In this document: piece by piece, positions 37,117 to 49,026 of the stretch
Numbering within the stretch: position 1 is the stretch's first letter
How the letters are laid out: each line of letters begins with the position of its first letter
DNA from: Atractiella rhizophila
Taxonomy: Eukaryota
DNA: 64,000 bases
Direction: 5' to 3'
NCBI GenBank assembly: GCA_021432655.1
Contig: MU271316.1
Coordinates: 1-64,000 of the forward strand
The notes under the pieces: generated by a model
What the model saw: the letters and a program-made list of their open reading frames with translations, nothing else
Told to the model about the DNA's origin: nothing
Database searches by the model: none
Program-made: the position numbers and the translations under genes

Positions 37117-38901
37117 ATGGGCACATCCGAGAATGTAGCAAACGATTACGCCCAATGGGCATCATCCCTCCAACTCCGCCTCCAGAACCTCGACCTCTGG
37201 TCTCTCATTCGTCCTTCATCTCCTCCTCATACTCGTCAGCATGATAGCCAACAACACCCAGACATGAAAGCCAAATGGGCACAGAAGAACGTCCAAGCGC
37301 GCACTCTCATACTCGACAACCTACCGCGCTCGTTTGCTTCCAAAGCGTGCCAGCTTCCTGACGCCAAAGGCATCTGGGAGGCTGCACGGGAGGAGTATCA
37401 GGTGAAAGGACGTGAAAGAGAGATGGGGACGGAAGGGCGGATGGATCGTTTGAGAAAGGCGTGGGAGGACAAAGGGGTTATCGATCCGTCTTCCGCTGAC
37501 CAATTGGACGCGTTCGTTGCCTCCCGCCTTGCGCTCAAAGAAGGCATCAACAGCTCCATCTCTGAGTCTGCCGCCGGCACCATCGTCCAGCCCGTTACGG
37601 ATCAGGACGTAGCTACTTCGCTGCTGGACGCTCTTCCCGATCATCCTCCCTGGTCCAACATCCGTTCCCTCTTCCAATCCTCCACAGGGACTCCATCTCT
37701 CGATCTCTCCCTCTCTTCCGTCCGCACCGCCATCCTCTCAGCATCAGCCACAGCCAACCTCTTTTCTCATCCCCAATCTCAGAACCATCTCGCACAGGAG
37801 GAGAAAAAGCGAAAGTTCGAAGAGACGCAGCCGTCGTTGGACACTTTCAGGCAGGACGGCGAGGGAATACCACCCACTCCGGTAACGGGTCAATTTGCTC
37901 GATTATCTTTCGCTCGTCCATCTCATCCTCACCTACGTTCGCGCGAAACGTCGATGAGCGCCGCACTCCAGAGAGATGAAGAGGAAGCCGGATCGGGAAA
38001 GGACAAAGAGAGCGGTTACAAAGCTTCCCTTCCGACAATAAAAGAGAGCACGATCATTCGCCCCCTCTCACGCCCGTCCACCTCCAAACCATCCGAGAAA
38101 GCGGACACAGTCATCGTAAATGGGAAGTCGCATCTCGCATATTTGAGTCGTGACCGCTCAGGATCAGGGATGAGATACCACCCCTACCCTCCCGTCACTC
38201 CCCTTCTCCCGCGTTTCTCTCACTCGTATCCACACCGTCCGTCCGCCCATGCATTCAACGTCAACGTTATCAATAGTAACGGATTTGTGCTCCCGACCCT
38301 TCCTCCCAACATGCCTCAGCCCAAAGGATGGGTCGTCATCCATCCCAATGGCGTCGTTCAATCCCTTCCAAACCATCCCAGACCGCAACCGGCATTTCCA
38401 CCACAACCACAACCGCGACCACATGAGAGAGTGAAGGAAAGGTTGTCGCAACCTGATACCGTCAACGAGAGTGACACGGAGGTAAAGATGGAAGAGATCG
38501 ATATTCCTCCTCCTTCTCTCGAGCGGCAGCGAGGCGGAAAGACGCGAGGAGGATCTTCGCTCGGGAGTCGAAGCGGTAGTGTACGGGACAGTGCTAGCAT
38601 TGGACGATCTACGGAGGCAGAGATGGAAGACCCGCTGGATGAGAAGGGGACGATAGCAGAGTTGTGTGGTTCGTCCCAGTTGTCTTTCTGGAAAGAGCGG
38701 AATGTGATTCGACGCGTGGATACAGACCGTTGTAGACTGAAAGGACTTGGGTGCACCAAGGTCGATGGGAGGAGACAGTGCGAGGAGTGCGAGGAGACCG
38801 CGTTCCAATGCACGTGCGTGCCTCCCGTCCCATTCCCTGCTCTCTAGTTTCGCTCCAGATCCAACAGTCAACGGTGACTTATGTCTTGTCTGACAGATAC
38901 G
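37117..38901 (+). CDS. Copia Gag-like N-terminal domain fused to a C-terminal Zn(II)2Cys6 cluster; 3' end uncertain
   Basis: NDYAQWASSLQLRLQNLDLWSLI, WAQKNVQARTLILDNL, AKGIWEAAREEY and DQDVATSLLDALP match the Retrotran_gag_2/UBN2 pattern. Removing intron 38669-38725 gives CDRCRLKGLGCTKVDGRRQCEECEETAFQC. Confidence 0.8.
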
Positions 38902-40193
38902 GTAAGACCTCGACACGCCTTCTCCTTGAAGCAAGCTACGCACGCATGAGATCGAAGGCTTGTAGTGTGTCCAGATTCCCCTTCCTTCCTACTGTGCTGA
39001 TTTACGGTGCTCGTGCATAGATATGTGCAAGACCCGTCGTGTTCGTCCTCTTGTTCCTTAGCACTACGCAATAACTTACCACTGTTGTATTGTCGATCGA
39101 TAGAGGAAATGCATTCCCAATACTAAGGGCCAAAGAGGATTGAAGGAGCCTTGTCAAGCGTGTAAAGAGGCTGGGGACGCGGCTCGGTGCTAGTGTGTCC
39201 CCTCCATGCCATCTGCTACATGTCTAACTCTCCTGGCAGTTTTGCGGATAAGGACAGGAGGGAGACGTGGAACCAGAGGATTTCCGTTTCCTCCTAACTC
39301 GTTTCACAGTAACTTGCAGTTGTTTGATTTTGAATTTTGATTAGTTTGCAGTTGAGGATCGTTGTTCAAGTGTACTACTGAGTCGCAGTTTCAGCTCGAA
39401 GTCTTGGTTTTGGTTTTGCAATTGGTAGTTCCTCAAAATATGGCTTCCTATATGCTTGTACTACTATATTACGGTCGCTTGTTTGCTGTTTACTATTTAC
39501 CAGATACTCGAGTTCGCATCGCAATTAAATCGTAAAGTTGTGAAGTTGAACCTTTGGCAGTTCCACGTCGCAAATATGCATCCTCCTTCGCAACTCTTTC
39601 TAACATACCTTTTCATATCCGTAACAGTTCTGCAGCCTGTAAAACTCGCTGAAACTTTCGACACAAATGGACATTGCCTCTTCAACAATTCACCAATTCA
39701 AGCTCCGATTGAGTCAGAGGTGCAGGGGAGAACATCATCGCGGCATTCATAGGACGCAGGTTGTTGGTGAAATGTTCAACTTGTAAGTCTATACAATATA
39801 CATCGTATCTCAGTGGTCGATTCATCCATGAATTTTTCTCTCCAGTTGTCTTTCAGGTCAGGCTGATGAGCGAAACCATTGGCAGGGTAGAACTACTAGT
39901 AGTGATACCCCCACACCCCAATGTCCGCAGCCCCAATATGCCTCTGCAGATTCCAATGTACCTCTCAATGCGGCGCGCATCCTGGTAGTCAGCGGGGCTT
40001 TTGTTAGCCACGTTCACCCCGTTCGTTCAGTGTCACTGGCAGTTCCTCCCCATTTCAGTTGCTCACAGATCTGAGGCTTTCTTTGGCCGGTGTGGGTGTG
40101 AGTGATCAAAGTATTATTAGACAGAAGAAGGAATATAAGTAGGTCACTGCCCGTTGCTGCCCATGATATGGAAACACCCCAAGCAGTGTGGTC

Positions 40194-43100
40194 ATGATAC
40201 GTCTCTACCTCAAATCATTGTCCCTACTTTTCTTTCTGTCTCTATCTTCTCTCGTGCGCGGAGAAGAAGAGCCAGCAGATAAAAGGACAAGTGCATCTCG
40301 AAGGGCAGAGTTTATAATTGTGGGTGTTACCGCACTTATCGTCTGTGCCTTCATCGTGTGCGTTGTTCTGTTCATTGATTCTATTCATACAACTCTTTCC
40401 TGAAACATGGTGAAGACAGGCTTGGCGTGACGGGATATGTGATTGCTGGTGCCTTATCACCCTCCCTTGTCGCCTGCTATCGATTCTATCCTGGCCGTTC
40501 GTCATCGTGGAATGGATTCTCCTACTTCCTCAGGTTATCCTTTGCATTCCTGAGGATCGCCGCTTCAGACTCAGATTTTGGATCAACCCTAGCCCCTCTG
40601 CGAGAAACAACAGAAGATTATATTACATAGAAAACATCATGAAGAAGCTACTCCGTGATCCGACTTATGACTTGAGTGTTTCTGAAAAGCTCCGCTTTAA
40701 ACGGTGAGCCATTCTATTGACCTTTCTCTCCAAAGTGGAGTGTCGACACAGAATTGGCGAGCAGAAAAGTCGAAAGATATCTCCAGAGCACCAATCAGTC
40801 ACATATCGCATGCTTTCGCTCAGTTTGGCTGATCTTCGATCGACAGTTGGATCAACTTTTTCAGGTGCTGTACGCTTTATTGCCTTTTGAATGTTTCCTC
40901 CCACTGTGGGAGCAGAGGACTCGTCAAACCCTCTCAGGCCTTCAAAAAGCGGTTGGACTCCTTGATTATTCAGTGTCGGACCTCGTAAACAGAGATCATG
41001 CTGGCCTTCCAAATACGTTTGAGGGCTGGCTCGCGTTGTGCTGGCAGGGGTCGAGGAGCCGCCGCGCACAGACGGCGGATTTGGACACGGTATGGCCGTC
41101 TCCTCAAATGTCAAGGCCATACTGATCTCGGTTGGAATAAGGTGAAGGGTATGGTCAGAAAATCCCTTTTCTCTAAATCGTTTCAGGAAGATGGAAGGAA
41201 GGGGATCAGGAGCTCAATTCTCAAATGGTACCAGAAAGAAATGGGAGAGGAGGTGGCAGGACCCGAGAAGAGCCACTTAGACGACTTACCGTACCGTTCA
41301 ACTCGTTGCAAGAAGGGAATGGAACAAGATAGCAATCTTCTGATAAGATGTGCTACCCTTTGCCGTGCGTTTATTTCTTTCATCAGCATCATCGGAATTG
41401 TGTTGATGCTGCAGCAGTCAATATTGATGCTCCGTCGCATACCATCTCCTACGACACCCTTCTGTCCACTCCTATCCTCAACCATGAGCGCTCCATTCCA
41501 CAGCAAGCAGCGGAAGAACGTATGGAGAGGGTTTCTTCATTATTTAAGGATGTAGAGGCAATGGGAGAATGGAAGGACCAGATAACAAGCTTGAAGGATC
41601 AGGTCCTACCTCTTTCTATTACGTCAAGTCTCGCTGATAGGTGATACAGTTGATCTTGATTTGCGCGAAGAAAACATTGCAATCACATGCCCCAGAGAGA
41701 TTACAACGTTCACTTTCAGCGGGTAAGGGAGGAGATGAAGGTCTGCTTATCGCCTTGGTACTGGTTAGAGGAGCTAACGGACGATGAAATAGACGTCAAG
41801 CGCATCCTGGATCTTGTCAAGCTCGTACCCGACCCCCAAGAATGTGAAGCCGCAGTCAAAGTTATGGCACAGTGGATCTTAACAACAACTAAAAGAAGTC
41901 GAGCGGAGATAATACAAGGCAAAGTTGCAGAAGCTTACAATGTTGAGGCTGAAGAGGCACCCACCCCATCGACATTCGTCGAGCGCACGGTTGCCGCTTT
42001 GAACGCCATAGACGTAAAGGTGACAACATTAGGGGAAGGTCCATTCTTTGCTCAAGTTACAGATAAGGTGGCATTTTTCGTAGGGGTAGTAAGCATGCAC
42101 TGACACCTTGTAGGCATCGACGGAGCTTGTAAACATGACAGACGGGGCAGCGAACCTACTTTCGTCATACATTGACGCGGCCTTGAGGAAGCGAGGGAAT
42201 ACATTACAAACACCTTCACTTGACGTCAACGATGTGGTTGGGATTTTACCTCTTACAGGATAATGCAGCAGCTAAATTTCCATCTAGTGGCGAGTATTTT
42301 CTTTCCTCGACGCGAAGGATATCTTTCTCGAGCTGCACGCTCGGCTGCTTGCGAGGAGGATTATGAGATTCGAATTCAAGGACGAGGGGAAGGAGAGAGA
42401 AATCGCTCGACTTGTTTCAGGCGAAGTGTCAGAGTATCAGGGACGAAAGATCTTGCGAATACTTGCAGGTGCCGGCATTCTGGTGACACAAGCCTTTCGC
42501 TTGACTTAATTTGTTAGTAGATGTGGACTCTTCGAACGCATTGATTGGCCGATTTAATCACGAAAAGAAGTCCAGAATCGGTTTGTCCCTTTCCGCCGAA
42601 AACAAGTCTATAGGTCAAATTGTCCTCGCAGCTTTTAACGCCATCGTCCTCTCTGCTTCTGTGTCGACTTTCACTCTATCGGAGACTGATGGCATCAAAC
42701 TTCCCAAGGAGCTTGAACCGTTACATGACGAGTTCAATGAATTTTTTGCTAAGGATCAGCGGTAGGTTTTCGTTCTACGCGTTGAAATGAAGCTCAAAGC
42801 TCAATGCGAGGCAGGGGTAGGAAGTTGACACACGTGCTCCATCTTTCAACCGTAGAGCTTCAGACGCGATTTACGAATGAAAAATACACAATCCATGCGT
42901 CCCTCCCCCAGGCCGCCATTCTCCTTCTCTTCACCCTAGCCAGGACAACTGCCACCCTCGCTATAATTGCGGAAGAAGTAGGGTTGACGGAGGAGGCTGC
43001 GAAGCCACTCCTGAAGGGACTGGTCAAGCAAAAGCTCTTACTGTTCGATGATGAGGAATTTCATCTGAACCTCCGTGAGATGTTCCTCAGTTGAAAGCGC

Positions 43101-43609
43101 CAACAATGTTAATTTTCTCTGCTCAGAGTATTGCAGCACAAGAGTTCGAATACCCCTTCACCGTCTTCATGTGGGCAAGAATGAAGAGGAAATATCTACG
43201 GCAATGAGGCAGGTCGATAAAAGTCGACAGCTCATCATTGAGGCGGCAGTGGTTCGGTTTGTCGCTCACCTTCTCCAGTCTTGACCTCCTTTGATTCCAT
43301 CATTTTCGTTAGGGTGATGAAGTGCTCCAAACAGCTACCGCGACAAGATTTGCTGAAGGTCTGTCTTATATTACATCAGTTATGGGTTAAGTTCCTCTGG
43401 TGCAGGACACAATCAGCGCTGTCCACGGCCACTTTAGGCCGACTGATGAGGATATCAAACACGCTATTAGAGAACTAGTCGAAAAGGAAGTCTTACGGGA
43501 GATCGATGGAGAACCTGCGAAATACGCTGTGAGTCACCGCTGCTTTGCTTTGTCTCGGTTCCAGTAGTCTGACAAGCGCCGAACGCCGAATGGATAGTAC
43601 GTCGCATAA
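40194..43609 (+). CDS. Divergent Cul1-like cullin with N-terminal signal-peptide-like and hydrophobic segments (copy A)
   Basis: Cullin motifs ANLLSSYIDAALRK, EDIFLELHARLLARRIM, LPKELEPLHDEFNEFF, GRKLTHVLHLSTVEL, QAAILLLF, IEAAVVRVMK and LVEKEVL...YAYVA*. The 5' exons encode MIRLYLKSLSLLFFLSLSSLVRG and FIIVGVTALIVCAFIV. Confidence 0.85.
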
Positions 43610-43920
43610 CTTTACAATATTCTCACACAGGAAGTTGGGACTTGCTGAAGCACTTGCGGTTTATGCGCATCATGTACCATTTTACTTGTATTTGAATAGT
43701 TGCATTCACTAGATTGTTGTTGTAAGTAACACTGGGCCACCTTTCTATCTACTGACACTCGCAAGGAGGACAACAATGTTCTGTAACGAACACTGGTGAC
43801 CAACTTATGACGTCACCCGTCTTTCTTTACCTTCCCAAGTTAAAACCGTCTTCGAATCTGTGATCATCATCAACGAACCACTTTACAGTATTCCCTCAGA
43901 GATCCAGAAATTCATCCCAT

Positions 43921-44275
43921 ATGCCCTTGATTCCCCAAATCGTCAAAGACGTCGCCGGTATCTCGTCCAGTACAAACGATCCAAGCCATCCAGTTGCTCC
44001 CACCGTTACCATTGTACCTATCAATTCTAAATTACCCGATGGGAAAGCATTGAATCCTCAGTCTGAAAACGCGGCGGATACTGTGGAGTTTCCTGAACCA
44101 GTCAAGAGTCGGGATTTGGATTTAGGAGGACCGCTAAAGGAAATGGAGGGCAGGAAACCCTAGGTTTGTCCTCTGTTCTTATCGGACACAATTGGCGCTC
44201 AGCGCTCTTCTTACAGGTCTCCAGAGACGCAGTGATGGTTATGGTCTCCTCTTGCGCCACATTTGATCTTTAGTC
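43921..44275 (+). other. Possible 5' exons of an unknown gene, with a decayed duplicate at ~47994-48205
   Basis: 80-aa ORF followed by a GTTTGT...TACAG intron-like segment; aligns by eye with 47994-48205. Confidence 0.35.
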
Positions 44276-44870
44276 ATGATGAGAAATGATCTTAAAGTAC
44301 CCAGCGTAAAAGGCAAATCTGAAGGTCGGATTGATGCCCATAATAAAGAAGAAACACAAGTACAAAGAAGAGATTTACTCTGGTTATTCTGAGCCTTTTA
44401 AGTTCCAACTGGCCCGGTAAGAATTCAACAACAATCCAAAAAAAGCCCAACAACCCTTCAAATTGGAAGTCCAATTGGAAAACCAACCCCCGGGTCAAAT
44501 AAGGTTTGGAAGGGGAAGGTAAGGCCCAAAACAAAGGAAAAAAAGCCTGGAAAAAGCCCAAAAAAAAAAACAATTCAACAAAAACCCGGCAAACGTGGGC
44601 CCCCCCAAAATAAATAACCCTAATCACACGGTAAAGGCTCCGTTTCAAGGATGATATGCGCATGCTGTGGCGCCACAGTGCCCGCTGAGCCAGCACAAAT
44701 CGGACAACGACCCTCCCGTTCCCAAACTGAATCCAATGTCGATACGAATGTGTGTGTGTGTACGCTTGCGACCTGGCAATGCGCCGCGTCATTCGCCGCT
44801 CAAGTAGATAATCGAGTATTCGTGATATAGGTAAACTGGGTTTCATGGAGTTCTATGGAGTTTCTACCAC

Positions 44871-46166
44871 CTAAAATTGCGACTGGAGTTCGTAGACTCC
44901 ATCAGAAGGGGCTTCTTTGACCTAGAAAAGGTCACATCACTCAACATGATTCTAACAAATTGAAGAGAAAGGTTAGGTACCCATTCCGAGAGGATCGACA
45001 AAAGGTTACGAAGGAAGTCTTTGAGGGTGCGGTCCTTCTTCCGTTTCTGGTTCTCAACCACGCTCACAGCATAGGTCCATTCATCTTCTTCTTGTTTCAC
45101 CAATCCAAAGATCCAGTTCTCACCATCGGTGAGACAAAATTTCAGTTGACTTAATCTGAATGCCATCAATGAAGAGCTGCGATTGACTGCTAATATGAAC
45201 AAAATACGTACTTCGCAGACTTTGCGATTACCAGGGCCTGGCCGATAACTTCTGGAAGGCAGTAGCCCAATCTGGAATCCAGACGCTTTGCCTCCGTGAC
45301 AAATAAGCGAGCTTTCGCAATGGCATACACCAGGTCATAAGGCCTAGCGTTGTTCGCATCCAGAAGTAATGCTGTGTGAAGTCAACAGGTCAGCCGTTCT
45401 AGCTTTGAAGTGTAACAGACTAACATTTCACAACGCCGTCCTGGGCTTGAGAATCATATTGAACAATCAAATAGTCAACTTTGCCACTCAAATAGAGGAT
45501 ATGGCCTGTTTCTCTGTTTTGGAATGGAATACCTTTATCAGGCCCAGGCACCTTTTCAGGTAGGATCGCGATATCGAGTTTACCCTGGTGGGTTATTCTG
45601 TACAGGGAAATGAAAATGGCATCGATGATCGTTCGTGACCCTGCTTCAAACTGAAAGACGTCGCGTACAATAGGGCGAAGAGACAACAAAACACTAACCT
45701 CCATGCTGAAGCAGCAATGAATTTCTTCCAACGAGCGTACCAAGGCATCCGATTCTTTGTCCAAGTCGGGAATGCTCGCTGCAACCTTTTTAATCTGATC
45801 GTTTTTAAAAACCAGAACGCCTGATGACTTTACGCCAATGGGTTCCAGGTCTTTGAACTGGAGAGATGAGAAAGCTATCTTCTGGAGATCGGCGAAATCA
45901 AAAAATAAATAAAATAAAATACAGCGTCTACAAGCTGAGGAATACCTTACTTTTTTCGGAGCTCTCTCTAGCAAGGCTTCTAGTATCTCGATATCATGCT
46001 TAAGTTGAGATATTGCCGTAGCTGTCTCTTCGATCCCTTCGAGATCCTCCTTCACACTGTTTAGACTTTGCACCAGGGATCTCATCTTGGCCAGGTCAAC
46101 CGTGGACTCTTCCAAACTTCTCCTACCCCTTTTGTAACCTCTTAGCGCTGCATTTGATGGAGACAT
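44871..46166 (-). CDS. Coiled-coil + PD-(D/E)XK restriction-endonuclease-like (Crinkler-REase-type) protein
   Basis: EAGSRTIIDAIF...LSGKVDYLIV...LFVTEAKR...EVIGQAL...FCLTDGENWIFG, split by short introns. Confidence 0.65.
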
Positions 46167-46818
46167 GGTTGTCGATGGGTGCAGACGACAGTTTCAGCCT
46201 TGGATGATGAAGGAGGAACCTAATACCAAATGTTAATGATCCCCTGGGGGACAACTGCGAAAGTACTTCCATTCATCTATTATTCACTCATTTTTACTGT
46301 AATTTGTTTCCATGAGGCTTTATTATTGTGCAAGGTCCTGCACTGATGTTTAGCGGGACTCCTTCTTGCTTATGAGCTCTTATGTGAAACAACCTCACCT
46401 AGTGAGTCTGAAGCCTTTATCCACACAAAGCGGCGCTGTCAGGAGAACTCACCTACCAGACATATGGGAACCCTCTCGTATTCCCTCCTACAGCGGTGTT
46501 AGGGCAGACACTATGTGCGGTTGCTGATGGCCATGCCTCTGTAGTGGAGATAATCCGAAGGGCATGATATGACATGAAGACTAACCTGTAGTGGAGATAA
46601 ACCTGAGAGAATACTCTAAGGTCACCTCCACAACACTCTGATCTATATACAAGCGGAATAACATTGCCACAGATGACAAGATCATATGCCTCCTCCTTTC
46701 GCCACTCGCGCACTTGCACATTTCCACTTTCATTGAGTGTATTCTGGAACTGTGGCAACTTTTCTTTTGCCACAGGGATCTTAGCTATAAAAGCCTTTCA
46801 CCTGCAAGTGCGAGACTC

Positions 46819-47235
46819 ATACTTATTTGTTATCTCGCACTTCGCCGGCAATGCAGTTTCCTTACATACTGAATGCAACAAATACTTATTTGTTATCTCA
46901 CACTTCGCAGCACTTGCACATCCATCGACAGTGTGTAGAAGAGAGCAGATGAAACATGTAAGAGAACTAAAAGGGGAAAGTGACAGTGGGATTACGCGGG
47001 GTTAAAAAGAAGAGAATAGACACAATTGGGTGCACAGTCGTCCGTTTGCGGCTAAGTGGTGATGCAGGCGCAAATGGGTGAACGGGCGACCGGGCGCCGA
47101 TTTGCACACGGACAGGAGGCGCAGAGTGGCAACGGGAGACGGATTTGTATAGAATGCAAACGGGCGAACAGGCGCCGATTTGCGGGGAACGCAAAAGGGC
47201 GATAGGAGACGCAATCTGGTGAACAGGCGCCAGTT
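46819..47235. repeat. Short degenerate direct repeats
   Basis: ATACTTATTTGTTATCTC(G/A)CACTTCGC occurs twice (~46819, ~46882). A GGCGCC(G)A(G)TTT-containing unit occurs three times (~47093, 47171, 47226). Confidence 0.6.
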
Positions 47236-49026
47236 TACATAAGATGCAAACCTGACAAGCGGTTCCCATTATACATCTCCTCCACATATGACTGCACACA
47301 CTGTACGACTGGTGCTTATCATGTCCCCAAAGGACCAAGCCCTCAACCAAATCCAATCCTACATTAACGTCGTCTGGTAGAAGTACGAGTGCATGCCAAA
47401 GCACATACACCTCAACAGAGGAACGGAGTATGTAAACAAAAAGTCAAGGGAGCCAGTACGACTTAGTTACGTTAATGTGACCATGTTCATGTTAAGGGCG
47501 GCGACCAAGCTCTGCACTTGGCATTGGGTGGAAAGGTTACTATGATGTTCTGGACAAGCTTAAGTTCCATGCATAAGTTCCATGCATGTGCAGCTCGATG
47601 GAGACCAGCTCGCACTAAATAGAGTCGAGAACAGTGTCTCACTGCTCACTGGATGAAAACTGGAATAGCTCATGGGAGAGATAATTGCCAACTGTTCCAG
47701 GGGCAAAGATTAGATGTGTCAGTAATGAACACGAATGAAAGCGGTGCAAGCACAAACCTCACAAGTGCCACAAGGCTGCCCCCCTCAAAGTGGTCAGACG
47801 GTCAAGTTTCCATTCTGGGCTCCCCAGATGCATGAGGCATTTCTCCCAAACATCTCCACGGCTTATGCCTGGTGAGGCATGAGGAAAGATTGGCTGATAA
47901 CGATTAAATGGCTATTTCAAGAATAAGTTGGATCAAAGGCTACAAGGCACACTAGAGATATGGGCAGCTACTATTTACAAGAGTGTATGTGTCCCCCACT
48001 GTTACCATTGCACCTAACACTTAGCCAAGGAGGGAAGTGGGAAAGCATTGGATCCTGAAAGTGCGGCAGATACTGTGGCTTTTCCTGAACCTGTCAGTAG
48101 TACCCCCTCACATGATGTGAAGAGGATTTGGATTTAGGAGGACAGGAAACCCTTAGTTACCTGCATCGTTGGACACAGGCGCACTCAGAACCCTTTTTGC
48201 AGGTTGGGCAGAGGTCAAGGATCAGACTTGTCTACTTACACCACATTGTTAGTAATTCTGCTGTCATCAGTGTAAACAAGGTATAAAGGGGAAGCTGGGA
48301 TCTGGATAGGTGTCTGTAATGACTGACGAAAAGGCCATTCAGCCAGTCCAATACCATAATACTGTTGAAGATGTGTAAAATGTTTGTAATACTTTCTTCA
48401 TGAACATTCTGGAAGTTTGTATTTGCCACAGCTCTCATGTATATAAAACACATGTTCTTGTGTTGCTGCTGCTCATGTGCTCAACCAAACATAATACATT
48501 TGTCTGAAATTAACAAAGCAGCAGAGAAAAACAACAAATACCCTTCAAGAGTCAGACTCCAACCAGTATTTAATTTATTGGCGTGTATGGAGCACCATAG
48601 TAATGATCCCAGAATTCTGTTTTGTTATGCATATTCACCTTGAAGCGCCTGCATTGTATGCTGAACTGCCTCAAGCTCGATATCTCACAGATATTGTGGA
48701 AATCTAACGAGTATGTGATCTGTTTAGCTGATATCTACAGGCAGTCTAAAGGGTAGTACATAACCTGATTCTTCTGTGAGCATAGCAACGTTATTGTGGT
48801 AATCAACCTTAAAGGATTCGGATGTTCAATATAAAGTGAGAAGATGCCGCGGTCCTCAAAACTTCCCCATAACCAATAATCAATGAAGAATGATTTTTGA
48901 GCATTTCATTTGCATTTCACAGCTCGAATACTCTGAATCCTGGTGGGTTCGGTGTGGGGGTGGGTCTTGGGTAAGTTCATAAAAGCACAAATCCCTAAGG
49001 TGGTACCTGGTCATTCAAATATCATC

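Noticed and set aside
44340..44630. Homopolymer-rich stretch with a Phe-rich 184-aa ORF and one TAACCCTAA
   Set aside because: It looks like low-quality base-calling or low-complexity DNA. A single telomere-like motif is not an array.
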